64,000 nt of DNA from Naegleria gruberi (Eukaryota). Position numbers and translations under genes: made by a program. Below the pieces are notes generated by a model. The model searched no databases. It was given only the letters and a program-made list of their open reading frames with translations, and was not told the origin of the DNA. The stretch lies in assembly GCA_000004985.1 (NCBI GenBank), contig GG738846.1. The stretch is one strand, 5' to 3'. The number at the start of each line of letters is the position of its first letter. The stretch's first letter is position 1. Of this stretch, positions 20,995 through 30,889 are shown in pieces.

Positions 20995-21545
20995 GAGATA
21001 TTCGTCGAAAGATTCAGTCGTATGCCGGCTACGTCACGCATGTACAAATGCCACTACTCCTCAGGTACATGGAAAGTTTGTATGTGATTTGGAATGGGAA
21101 TAGGGCTTCTTCTCAATCTCATCTCTTGAGCTCCATACGCCTTGGAGATGAGTTTGACAATTTCAAAATCAATTCTAGATGTATTTAGAATACATGCATG
21201 ATTCATGTACGGTCACATGCCAGTGATAATCATGTAGTGCTGATGTACGCAGTACCTCCTATGATTACCATTTGGTACATGCTGACATGTCCCATGTGAC
21301 CATCAATTTGTCTGTGTCTGAATTATTGTTGATTTTGGTGATGGCCCATTCCTCCTCTAGAAATATTCTTCCAATTTGGACCACATGTATTACTAATGAA
21401 GAAATTGTACAAGAATGATGACATATGTCTTTGTACCCTACCTAGACAGAACATGTGTTTACATGATCATGATGATCATCACCATGTATCGACATGTGTT
21501 TACATGATGTGTTGTAGTTTGTCCTCCCATGATTTTTTAATCATC
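20995..21545. other. compositionally distinct GC-richer island, dense in CATG-containing palindromes, with a 17-bp direct repeat (acatgtgtttacatgat at 21451..21467 and 21492..21508)
   Basis: Seen directly: motifs such as catgtacggtcacatgcc and ggtacatgctgacatgtcccatgtgacc; a hairpin CTCATCTC..GAGATGAG near 21115-21155. It lies in a long (about 1.4 kb) divergent intergenic region between the Myb gene and the antistasin-like gene. No match to snRNA or SRP RNA consensus that I can recall. Confidence 0.3.
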
Positions 21546-22013
21546 AAAAAATTAGGAGAAAAATTCCACCATAACAAAAATACACGAAGCCAATTTCAAC
21601 GTTGTTTTAAAACAACAATAAGAAGAGAATATTCTTCAACGTTACTTAAAACATTTTTTTGTTTGGTAGACAACAATGGAATGAACACGGGTCAATGGCA
21701 TCCATTCAATAACGCATTGTACAATTTTGTTAATAGCGAAAGATATCCAATTAAGCCAGATACAATCTTGTCAACAGATTATTTCTCTTCTTTAAATTAT
21801 TCATGAAATCGAATGTGTTGAATAGAATTCAAGGTGGTGTCATTGTATAGGGAAGAATTAATTCATCATTCAGAAAAGGAATGAAATAACTCTCATTCTT
21901 ACAAAAATTTCTGAATGTGAACATTATAATCAATCATTACAATCAAAGCGAAAACTTAAAAGTCTACCTGGCCACAGATCAACGACAAATATCATAACCA
22001 AAAAAAAATTGTC

Positions 22014-23205
22014 ATGTCCAGATTATTGCTTGGTGTGTTGCTTGTTGCCATCATCTTGACTTGTGTTGCTTGTCAAGAGCATGTTGAAAAAGAGGGATGG
22101 GATGGTGTTGGCTTTTTCCTAGGTGAGAAATCTGCATCTCAACTCCAAATGGTATGTCAATATTATTATTTCACATCACTAATTATTGTATTATATATAT
22201 TGAACTCTCTAGACAAAAAGAAGAAGTGAAATTCTTTCAATTTTGAACAAACCACCACAACCTTCCAACAAGATTACATCCACTAATCAATCCATTAGAG
22301 ATGTCATTGCTAATGCTCAACTTCCAACATCATCTACTATTAAATTCCCAAATAATAGATTCCCTTCATGCACAAAACAACATTGTAAAAAATTCTGTCG
22401 TCATGGTTTCCAAACTGATGCTCGTGGTTGTCCAATGTGTGCATGTAAACAACCTTGTCCAACTTATAGAGCTTGTAAAAGAAAATGTGAGTTTGGCTAT
22501 GTTCTCGATGCAAATGGTTGTAATAGTAAATGCCAATGCAAAGAAGCTCCAGCTCTTGTCAAACCTAAACCAATATGCCCACAATATTTGTGCAGACGTC
22601 ATTGTCAATTTGGATTCAAAATTAATGAAAAGGGTTGCAGAACTTGTTCCTGTAATGAAAAACCAATCAAACCTAAACCATTAAGTATTTGTCCACTTTA
22701 TAGATGTAGACGTCATTGTCAATTTGGATTCAAAATTAATGAAAAGGGTTGCAGAACTTGTTCCTGTAATGAAAAACCAATCAAACCATCAAGTATTTGC
22801 CCACTTTATGGATGTAGACGTTACTGTCCATATGGATTCAAGATTAATGAAAAGGGATGTACTACTTGTTCCTGTAATGAAACGCCAAATACCACAAAGC
22901 CATTCCCAATCAAACCAATATGCCCACAATATTTGTGTAGACGTCATTGTCAATTTGGATTCAAGATTAATGAAAAGGGTTGCAGAACTTGTTCCTGTAA
23001 TGAAAAGCCAAATACCACAAAGCCTTTCCCAATCAAACCAAACCCAATCAAGCCAGATTTTATTAGAAGATTCATCCAAAATCAAACCAAGCCACTCAAG
23101 TTAAACAATGGCCAAAAAATTGAGACATTGTTTACCAAACCAGCTGTGTTGAGAGCTGAATCTGCTCCAGTCAGAACTTTTCCAAGAAGAGGTGGTAGAA
23201 GATAA
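22014..23205 (+). CDS. secreted protein with six antistasin-like cysteine-knot domains (serine-protease-inhibitor type); 2 exons
   Basis: Exon 1 is 22014..22151 (signal peptide MSRLLLGVLLVAIILTCVACQ, ends ..CAAATG|GTATGT). A 61-nt intron runs to CTCTAG|. Exon 2 is 22213..23205. The domains CRRHCQFGFKINEKGCRTCSCNEKP, CKRKCEFGYVLDANGCNSKCQCKE and CKKFCRHGFQTDARGCPMCACKQ match antistasin/hirustasin (CRVHCPHGFQRSRYGCEFCKC; CRIRCKYGLKKDENGCEYPCSC). Confidence 0.75.
22545..23045 (+). repeat. four tandem, nearly identical coding repeats of about 117-129 nt (antistasin-like domains 3-6), separated by PKP/PIKP linkers
   Basis: The nucleotide strings ...tgtagacgtcattgtcaatttggattcaa[a/g]attaatgaaaagggttgcagaacttgttcctgtaatgaaaa... 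recur with only a few substitutions. The track shows mirror-image spurious ORFs in other frames, as expected for tandem repeats. Confidence 0.8.
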
Positions 23206-23261
23206 ATTGTTGATACAATAAAATATCTTTTGACATTGTTAAAGTTACAAAAATTTGTTGT

Positions 23262-24443
23262 TTATTGCAATTGCTCAATGAGTCCTTGATTATATCCACA
23301 ATCACCTGTTGTACCTCCTTGTTTACCAGTTGAAACAATTTCAAATGTGAGTTTGATTGGCGAACCGTGTGCCAATAAGATGTTGTTTGAATAGTACTTG
23401 GCCCTTCTTCCGTCAGTCCATTCGACAGTAATGTCAAGAATTCCATCCCTAATAAAACCAGAGTATTTCTTCTCAATTTGAACTCCACTGTTCTTATTGG
23501 ATCCTCTGACATTGTCACCAGTTGGGTTGTCATCTACATCTATTAATACTTCCCACCCAGGTACTTCTGAATTGGTACCTTTTCCTTGGAATTTGGTCCA
23601 AACAGTTTTACCATAAAATCTGAATTTTCTTGTGATGACTTGTTGGACTGGTGGCATGACAAGAGGTTGTGATGGCATTGGCATTGGGTTATATTGGAAT
23701 TCACCGACTGAGTAAGGTGGAGGTGGTGGTAAAATAGAGACAGGAACTACATTTGGTGGAGGTTGATTCATCATGGTTTGCAATTTTTGTTGATATTGTA
23801 AATTAATTTCCTTTTCTTTTGCTAATTCCGAATTGAGCGAATCAATTTGTCTCAACATTACTTCAATATTTTGCTTTGATTGTTGATTTTCAGCAACCAA
23901 TTGCTTATTCATAGAGACTAATCCCTCTGAATCAATTTGGCTTCTCTTCATTAATTGTTTAATTTCCTCCCTCTCGAAGAGACACTGTTCAGCCTTGTGT
24001 TTTTCCATTTGCAAACCATTGCCCTCAAATTTGCATCCATAAACACAATTCTCACATTTTAATCTTCTTCCCTTACATTCCTTTTCAACGTGATCCCAAT
24101 AGTTACATCTCTTAATTGTCTTCTCGCAACAACCATTGTCATTATTAGGACAAGTAACTTCCAAATTATTGACCACTCTATTTACAAAATTATTAAATAA
24201 GAACGCTTCGAATCCAACCGGAAGTTCCTTAGCATCGAGCCCACATTTTGGACAACAACTACAACCAGCTTCCTTCATCCATTTATCCAAACAATCAAAA
24301 CAAAACATGGATCCACATTTTCTGCACTCTCTATTGTTATTTAAAAAATCAGAGCAAATTTGACATTGAAGCATTACCCCGATATTCTCAGCGGTAGAAG
24401 AGTTGTACAAGACCTTGTCCTTAGGTACAGCACGTGTAGCCAT
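23262..24443 (-). CDS. RING-type plus TRAF-type zinc-finger protein with coiled coil and a C-terminal beta-rich domain of unknown type
   Basis: N-terminal CQICSDFLNNNRECRKCGSMFCFDCLDKWMKEAGCSCCPKC (C4C4-style RING); CPNNDNGCCEKTIKRCNYWDHVEKECKGRRLKCENC.. (TRAF-type ZnF spacing); a Q/E/K-rich heptad segment; proline-rich PPPPYSVGEF. The C-terminal 130 aa do not resemble a MATH domain. Confidence 0.6.
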   Translation of the reverse strand: MATRAVPKDKVLYNSSTAENIGVMLQCQICSDFLNNNRECRKCGSMFCFDCLDKWMKEAGCSCCPKCGLDAKELPVGFEAFLFNNFVNRVVNNLEVTCPNNDNGCCEKTIKRCNYWDHVEKECKGRRLKCENCVYGCKFEGNGLQMEKHKAEQCLFEREEIKQLMKRSQIDSEGLVSMNKQLVAENQQSKQNIEVMLRQIDSLNSELAKEKEINLQYQQKLQTMMNQPPPNVVPVSILPPPPPYSVGEFQYNPMPMPSQPLVMPPVQQVITRKFRFYGKTVWTKFQGKGTNSEVPGWEVLIDVDDNPTGDNVRGSNKNSGVQIEKKYSGFIRDGILDITVEWTDGRRAKYYSNNILLAHGSPIKLTFEIVSTGKQGGTTGDCGYNQGLIEQLQ

Positions 24444-24638
24444 TTTTTATTGTATTAAGGAAGAAAACACAGAATTTTTTACTGCAAATGAAGAGAATTG
24501 GCGCTCTTGTCTATACACGTCAAATTCCCTGTTCACTGTGATTACAATCACAACGTCTTTCTCAAGATACAGCAATTGATTGTAAGTTAAATAATATTGC
24601 TACCACACGTACAGTTACATTTGTTTATTCAATCTTTT

Positions 24639-27200
24639 CTATTCCAGAATGATGAGATCATTTTGATTACACAACGAGGTCAAATCAAATGATTCACCCA
24701 CTAGTTGTTTTTGGATGGCAACAAGTGGCTCCATAGAATGTATTCTGGCAAACATAATTTCCTCAACTTGATGAGTAAATGTATAGTGTTGCTGTTGACA
24801 AGCATTCTTTCCTGTTAGAATTTCTACAACAACAGATGATGTTGGACTTGGTCTTACTGCTGTGTTCAAATCATTGTAACCAATATTCGTGAATTGATTA
24901 CAAAAGTGTGCAATATCCCTCTCTCTAATTTCCTTAATGATGCAAATAATAGGTTCTTTAGAATCGCGTTCATGTAATTTCACATAATTGCCCTCTTCAA
25001 ATATCTTTCCATTAAAATCTGCAGCAGTAAATCTGACATGGAATGGATTTTTCATTCTTACTGATTTGATTCTTCTCTCTCTCTTCATCTCCAAGTCTGA
25101 CAACTGAGCCAACTCGTTAGGAATGGCAAACAAGCTCTGTACCGATGCATCTTCTATTTCCTTAAAATCAAAATTCTTGAACACATAATCTGAATAATAG
25201 TGTTTTTTGGAACGTTTCTTTTTGGTAGTAAAAGTTTCCAAATTTCCAATGAATATCTTGTGATTGATGGAGGACAAATCAACTCGAATAGTTTTGGACG
25301 TGGCATTCAATTTTTTAGGATTGTTTGCATCTGGAATATATTCAGTGCCCAACATTTCCTTACTCTCTGTAACATAGTCCTTATAGTACAATTGATCAAT
25401 ACGAAGAAATTTTGAAGAATCTGTGAAGGGTCCAGAAACTGTCACAACATCTCCCACAAAGTACTGATCCAATTTCCATTCAGAAGAGTCTTCATATTTT
25501 CTCTTCCCACACAAGATCTTTTGTTTGGACAAACGTACAAAACATGTTTTTTGTTGATTGCTCTTTTCTTGCTTGAGGAAATAGTCACCTGTTGTTAGAT
25601 TGGACAAATCATCAAAGGTGGATTTTGGCTCGTCAATCATACTGGTATTGAATTGTTGAAGTGAAGTATTCATGAAGGAGGTTGAGAAGGAACGTTCCAG
25701 CTTGTCCAATTTAATCTTCTTATGGGAAGTATTCATTACTAGTGAGGTATTCAGAGCAATATTACTGGAATTGAGTCTTTTACTTGCTGCTGAGGATGAG
25801 ATTTGTTTCTTCTTTGCAGATTGTGTTCGAATGTCGAGAACGCTTGCATTTGTATCCTGTATAATGAGTGAATCATCTTGTTGTTTCACATTGGAGAACC
25901 ATTTCGAAGCCAGATTATTCGAAGAATCAAATATCCTTCTAGACCTGGCGGGATTTGGAATGACTGAAGGTGTAGGTGTAGGTGTATAGAAAGGAGAAGT
26001 TAGGGAATCATCCAAACTGGCGACCAATGGTGGAATGATGAGATTTGGCTTCCTTGACTTGTTGGTTGGATTTTCTGGAAGTTTTGTAATTTTCAAATCC
26101 TCAAAGTTATACTCTGATGATATGATCATTTGAATGACAGAGTCCTTATTCAGAATTGGGACCTTCTTAATATTAAAGTAATCTAAACGTTGTTTGCTAA
26201 TTTCTGATGTATCCCTCACAAGAACAAAATTCCTACTGCCTTGTCCATGTTTTGAAGAGTAGGTGGCAATGTCACCAACAGTGGCACCACCCGACTCGAG
26301 AACCTTCTTCCACGAATCGATAAATTTCACATCACTACAATTAATCTTTACAGAAACGCCATAGAGTGGTCGTTTCTCTTTTGGTAACATTTGGAATGTT
26401 GGATTGAATAGTTGAGCTTCCTCTCTAAATATACCATCAGTTGTTGTAAAAGATCCTCTAGCTAGCAAGTACTTATCCACATCTGTTGTAATTATCGATT
26501 TTTGATTCAAGCTGTCAATAATCCACTCCTTTTTTAAAAGTGGAATATTTAACATGAGAGCTGCCAAATAACTTGGTCTTGGTTTTGGGCTATCAGAAAT
26601 GAGAACCAGCTTGTCATTCGCCAATTCATTCAATCCCTCAGAGTACCAAGCAAAGTCTTTTTTAATACTTGCCATCTTGCCACCATTATCCTTGACAAGT
26701 TTAGAATATTGCTCCCTTTCTTCTGGTGTAAAATCAGGAGCAATGATGTAAAAACCAGTGAATAAGCCACAAGGGGTTTCATCCATATCCTGACTACTAC
26801 TGCTATAGATAATATCCAAATCATTATCCTTTAGCATTACAGATTCCTCCAAGACTTGGGATGATTCCTTTCTGATGGATCTTCTTCTCCTAGCTACTGT
26901 TCTCTTATTTGTTCTTGAACGGTAGCAGAAGCTTTCACATAAATCATCAGAAGATCCATGTGATGATGATGATGATTGGGTATTGCTACCCTGTGATGAT
27001 GAGGCTGATGATGAATAATAGTCCAACTTCTCAAGAGTTTGTTTAATTTCTTCATTATCAGAATCATCACCACTATTACCGAATAATATTGGTGAAGAGG
27101 GATCATCAATGATGGTTTTTGCTATTGGTGACGCAAATATTGGAGAGGCTGGTTCAATAGGTTCCAACATTGGATCTATTGGCTCATAGTCTTCGAACAT
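24639..27200 (-). CDS. tandem-BRCT domain protein (DNA-damage-response type) with acidic N-terminus and a C-terminal globular region
   Basis: Two BRCT-like units: LFTGFYIIAPDFTPEEREQYSKLVKDNGGKM..KLVLISDSPKPRPSYLAALMLNIPLLKKEWIIDSL and YGVSVKINCSDVKFIDSWKKVLESGGATVG..FVLVRD..KVPILNKDSVIQMI. The C-terminus has an FVGDVVTV stretch (BAH/Tudor-like, uncertain). Confidence 0.6.
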   Translation of the reverse strand: MFEDYEPIDPMLEPIEPASPIFASPIAKTIIDDPSSPILFGNSGDDSDNEEIKQTLEKLDYYSSSASSSQGSNTQSSSSSHGSSDDLCESFCYRSRTNKRTVARRRRSIRKESSQVLEESVMLKDNDLDIIYSSSSQDMDETPCGLFTGFYIIAPDFTPEEREQYSKLVKDNGGKMASIKKDFAWYSEGLNELANDKLVLISDSPKPRPSYLAALMLNIPLLKKEWIIDSLNQKSIITTDVDKYLLARGSFTTTDGIFREEAQLFNPTFQMLPKEKRPLYGVSVKINCSDVKFIDSWKKVLESGGATVGDIATYSSKHGQGSRNFVLVRDTSEISKQRLDYFNIKKVPILNKDSVIQMIISSEYNFEDLKITKLPENPTNKSRKPNLIIPPLVASLDDSLTSPFYTPTPTPSVIPNPARSRRIFDSSNNLASKWFSNVKQQDDSLIIQDTNASVLDIRTQSAKKKQISSSAASKRLNSSNIALNTSLVMNTSHKKIKLDKLERSFSTSFMNTSLQQFNTSMIDEPKSTFDDLSNLTTGDYFLKQEKSNQQKTCFVRLSKQKILCGKRKYEDSSEWKLDQYFVGDVVTVSGPFTDSSKFLRIDQLYYKDYVTESKEMLGTEYIPDANNPKKLNATSKTIRVDLSSINHKIFIGNLETFTTKKKRSKKHYYSDYVFKNFDFKEIEDASVQSLFAIPNELAQLSDLEMKRERRIKSVRMKNPFHVRFTAADFNGKIFEEGNYVKLHERDSKEPIICIIKEIRERDIAHFCNQFTNIGYNDLNTAVRPSPTSSVVVEILTGKNACQQQHYTFTHQVEEIMFARIHSMEPLVAIQKQLVGESFDLTSLCNQNDLIILE

Positions 27201-27441
27201 TTTTTTTGTTTTTAACAGACAATTAAAGCGGGAATTATTCTTTCCAAAGAAGTTGTTATGTGGGGTAATGTGATGGCAATGTTATACTAGTAACAGGGCC
27301 AACACAGTTTTAAATTAAAATTAATAAGAAACGTAATCCAGTATGTGGGTGAAGAAAGTGAAATAAATTACCATCATTGCAAGAGTAATAATAATTATAA
27401 ATTATCATCAAAGACGTTAAATATTTTTGAAGTTAGAAAAA

Positions 27442-27948
27442 ATGGACGGAAACAATTATTACTCTCCAACAGCACAATCACCAGGTGCTACCTATGCTTC
27501 GCCACACTATGTATCACCATCATCATATACACCAGGTGGTGTACCAATGTCTCCTAATGCCACATCTAATCCTTTCCAACCTTCATCTCACCAACAACAA
27601 TTGCAAGAAAGCTTGCCATCTTTGAATCAACCATCTAGTACTACTGCTAAGCGTGAAAAAACTGTAGCTGTTGTTTATATTTGCGGACATTGTGCTGTTT
27701 TGAACACTATTAAACAAGGTGATGCTATCCGTTGTAAGAATTGTGGTTATCGTATCATGTACAAACAAAGAACGACGAGAAGTAAGTGTTATTTGTGTTT
27801 TGTATGATGACTAATTTGATTGTTATTGTTTTGTTGAAAAATAACGTTGTTTGGATTGATTTAAAACTATTTCTAAATGTAATGAATTTTATTGTGGAAT
27901 TTTATGGAAATTATAACAAAATTAGAGATCCAATTTGAAGCTAGATAA
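27442..27948 (+). CDS. DNA-directed RNA polymerases I/II/III subunit RPABC4 (Rpb12/Rpc10) with an unusual S/P/Y-rich N-terminal extension; 2 exons
   Basis: Exon 1 is 27442..27781 (..KQRTTR then A|GTAAGT). A 144-nt intron runs to ..AAATTAG|. Exon 2 is 27926..27948 (KIQFEAR*). The core [42 protein letters not shown] matches human POLR2[43 protein letters not shown], including the C-terminal VVFDAR tail restored by splicing. Confidence 0.75.
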
Positions 27949-27984
27949 ATTATTGTAAATAAATTATTAATTTAGAATTAATTT

Positions 27985-30261
27985 TTATTTCTTTTTAAAG
28001 AGCGAGAAGGTTGACTTTTTGTTATTGGAATGAGTTTCCTTTGGATTGGCACCTTCTTTCGATTTGATAACACTGGATGGAGATGATTGCTCACTTCTAG
28101 GAATAATAGTTGTCAAATAATTGAAAACTTTGCGATTTCTGATGAATGAATTCATTTGTGACATGAATTTCAGAGCAATTTGATGATCCTTGGAGTTGGA
28201 CTTGACAATAATAGTGGAAAGATATAATTTTGGTGTCACTTGACACAAGTAGTAGGTGGTCAGGGTTTTTGGATCTGAAAAGTAGAAGGCCTCTTCTGAA
28301 ACTTCCAAGTCAGCACTATTTTCCATAATGAGGGAGAGTATGTTTGGCCAATAGGTGTACATAAGAGTTTGCTTTGAGATTTTGTTTTCATCTTGTGTTT
28401 GAGGATAGTGAAAGATGCATGGGTAGAGTTTGATACCACTTAGAGTAATATCATCCGGATTCTCTAAATTTCTCAACCTTAACATGTATCCCTTCTCTGG
28501 GTCAGTTTCTAATATAGGTGATGTATCTAAATTGTCATGGGATGCATTGTAAATCAAACAAACTGTTTCAGGTTTGATAATTTCATTAAATGATTTTATC
28601 CATTGGATATAGTCCACTGCAAGTGTTGGCGACATGTTTGAAGCCATAGATTGGTTATTTTGGTTTGAAGTCATTTGACTAGATTGATTATTGACGATAT
28701 CATGGAAAATTAGAGTGAACTTTGATTGACTGAATCCAAAAATCATGGTCATCCATTTGTATAAATTTGTCCTGCTTAAATTATTCATAGTTTGGCCATT
28801 TGTATGGTTCATATTATTGTTCAAATTAATTCCATTATTTGATAATAAATTTTGGGAAGAGGAATTGAGTTGATTGGAGGAAATATTGCCAGTTGAAGAG
28901 GAGTGAAATTTTTCATTGTTAATTTGTAAATGTTGTTGTTGCTGGTGTTGCTGTTGTTGGTCATTTTGGTGATGAACTAGCAAATTGTCTTCACTCAATG
29001 ATCGACTTAATGTACTACTTGTGGTAATAGTATTACTACTTGCAGGTATTGAAATATTCGAGCTCTGGGGTGTATTAATATTGGATTGTGGGTTGAGAGT
29101 ATTGGAAGATGGTTGTCGTGCAATAAATAGCTGATTCCATTGTTTGAATAGACTTTTAGTCCTCCATAGTGTAAAAACAGATTCCTTATATTTGTAATTA
29201 CAAATATTGTATTCACATTCGAATAGAGATGTCAAGGTATTCAATTCCATGTTAATACTTTGGACAATTTTCTCGAAAAATGTATGATTAATTCTATTGA
29301 TATATTTAGATTTCAAACTATTGATAATTCTGACATAGTTATCATATTTTGGTGGATGTTTGTATCTGGAGAGAATTCTATAAAATGCAATAATTTCCAA
29401 TCTCAATTGAATAAGTACTCTAAAGTCCTTAATCAATTGTTTGCTCAATATAAATTCCTTATCAATCAGATTCAAATTATATTTTTGAACACCATTTGTT
29501 GGTTGAAGTACTTGTTTGTAATAAATATAATCAATATTTGCACTCGGATTACTATTCATTGATGGTGAATTATTATTTTGGTCCATCATCATCATCATCA
29601 TGAGTAAATGGTCACTCGATTGATGGTCATGATTATTGTAAATTGAACTGTCCACATTATTATTGTTATTATTGGTAAATTCATACGGAGCATTCATAGA
29701 AATTAGAGACAAATTACTCGATAAAAGTGAATAAAGGGAATGCAAATCTTGTTTTTCATTTGGTGAATAATTAGCATCATAATATAAAGTCTCGCATTGA
29801 ATAAATCTCCTCAGGCATCCAATAATTTCATCCTCTATTTGTTTATACTTTGAATTCCGATTGACAATTTGGGAATTTTGATTTGTTGAATTTTTAATCA
29901 AATGGTTGGCTTGAGAAAAATCCAATTGAGACATGTAGTGAAAATACAAGTAAATATTTCCATACTCGGAATTATTTTCAATATTATTATTATTAACACC
30001 TAAATTGAGTTGTGTTGACGATGTTGACGTTATTGATGAAGATGAAGAATTGTGACTCATACTACCCTGTGTACCAGTCGTTGATATAAAATGATGAAAA
30101 AATCGTTTTGATTGTTGTTCATATTGTTGATCAAGAGTTGAAGAATAGGCTACAGAGGATGTAGAATTAGATGAAATGGACGATTGTGGAGTGGAAACAT
30201 TGGAATGTTGGTGGTGATGATTCGGAGTTGTGGGTGTTGGTGGATGATTGTTATTATTCAT
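27985..30261 (-). CDS. hypothetical N/Q/S-rich nuclear-type protein
   Basis: 758-aa uninterrupted ORF starting ATG AAT AAT AAC (MNNNNHPP). Long poly-N/poly-Q, H-rich and M-rich tracts, with a more globular C-terminal 250 aa. No family recognised. Confidence 0.45.
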   Translation of the reverse strand: MNNNNHPPTPTTPNHHHQHSNVSTPQSSISSNSTSSVAYSSTLDQQYEQQSKRFFHHFISTTGTQGSMSHNSSSSSITSTSSTQLNLGVNNNNIENNSEYGNIYLYFHYMSQLDFSQANHLIKNSTNQNSQIVNRNSKYKQIEDEIIGCLRRFIQCETLYYDANYSPNEKQDLHSLYSLLSSNLSLISMNAPYEFTNNNNNNVDSSIYNNHDHQSSDHLLMMMMMMDQNNNSPSMNSNPSANIDYIYYKQVLQPTNGVQKYNLNLIDKEFILSKQLIKDFRVLIQLRLEIIAFYRILSRYKHPPKYDNYVRIINSLKSKYINRINHTFFEKIVQSINMELNTLTSLFECEYNICNYKYKESVFTLWRTKSLFKQWNQLFIARQPSSNTLNPQSNINTPQSSNISIPASSNTITTSSTLSRSLSEDNLLVHHQNDQQQQHQQQQHLQINNEKFHSSSTGNISSNQLNSSSQNLLSNNGINLNNNMNHTNGQTMNNLSRTNLYKWMTMIFGFSQSKFTLIFHDIVNNQSSQMTSNQNNQSMASNMSPTLAVDYIQWIKSFNEIIKPETVCLIYNASHDNLDTSPILETDPEKGYMLRLRNLENPDDITLSGIKLYPCIFHYPQTQDENKISKQTLMYTYWPNILSLIMENSADLEVSEEAFYFSDPKTLTTYYLCQVTPKLYLSTIIVKSNSKDHQIALKFMSQMNSFIRNRKVFNYLTTIIPRSEQSSPSSVIKSKEGANPKETHSNNKKSTFSLFKKK

Positions 30262-30427
30262 TTTTTAAAAAAAACAAAACCAATTCAAAAAAATTGTTTC
30301 TTTCTTTCAATTCATAGTTTTTATTTCATATCATTTTAAAGGAACAATTTCATAAAGAAAACATTAAAAATTGAGAGGATTAAAAATTGATAAGAAATAA
30401 ATTAAAATTGGATTAAAAAAACTTGAT

Positions 30428-30889
30428 ATGGAAGAACAATTGCCGAAAAGCTATGACGTATTTTCAAAAGAATACCACGTGGAGGATTATAATTTATATT
30501 TAATTTATTTGGATATTGTTTATAACAAAAAGTTACCGAAACATGATTTTAATGAAGTGATTGGTATCAAACAGTGTAATATTCAAATTATGATGGATAT
30601 TTGTTCATTAAATTACATGGTATGCAGAATGACTCTGCCCATCACTACAAACATAGATGAAAATATGAAAATTACAGATGTTGATTTTTCACAAATTCAC
30701 TCTTTGGATGAAATCAAGTGCGAAATGAAGAGCTTTTCATTTGTTCCAATACCTATTCATATGAAATTATCTTTTCATCAATATCATTCAATTGTGAAAG
30801 AAATCAAGAAGGAAAATTCAGAAATTGATTCTATTGTCATTACATTTGTAGATGGTGATGGTACTTTATTGTATTATCAAATGAATTAA
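30428..30889 (+). CDS. hypothetical small conserved-looking protein (153 aa)
   Basis: Clean ATG start and non-repetitive sequence. Its stop codon overlaps the MKS1 stop on the opposite strand. No family recognised. Confidence 0.4.
   Translation: MEEQLPKSYDVFSKEYHVEDYNLYLIYLDIVYNKKLPKHDFNEVIGIKQCNIQIMMDICSLNYMVCRMTLPITTNIDENMKITDVDFSQIHSLDEIKCEMKSFSFVPIPIHMKLSFHQYHSIVKEIKKENSEIDSIVITFVDGDGTLLYYQMN

Noticed and set aside
21396-21806. 136-aa + strand ORF inside the GC-richer CATG island
   Set aside because: His/Cys/Met-rich composition comes from the CATG/CACATG repeats rather than codon structure. It has no start context and no homology I recognise.
22301-23104. Several 80-127-aa ORFs on both strands inside the antistasin-like gene
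   Set aside because: They are alternative-frame and antisense readings of the tandem coding repeats; the real frame is the Cys-knot frame.
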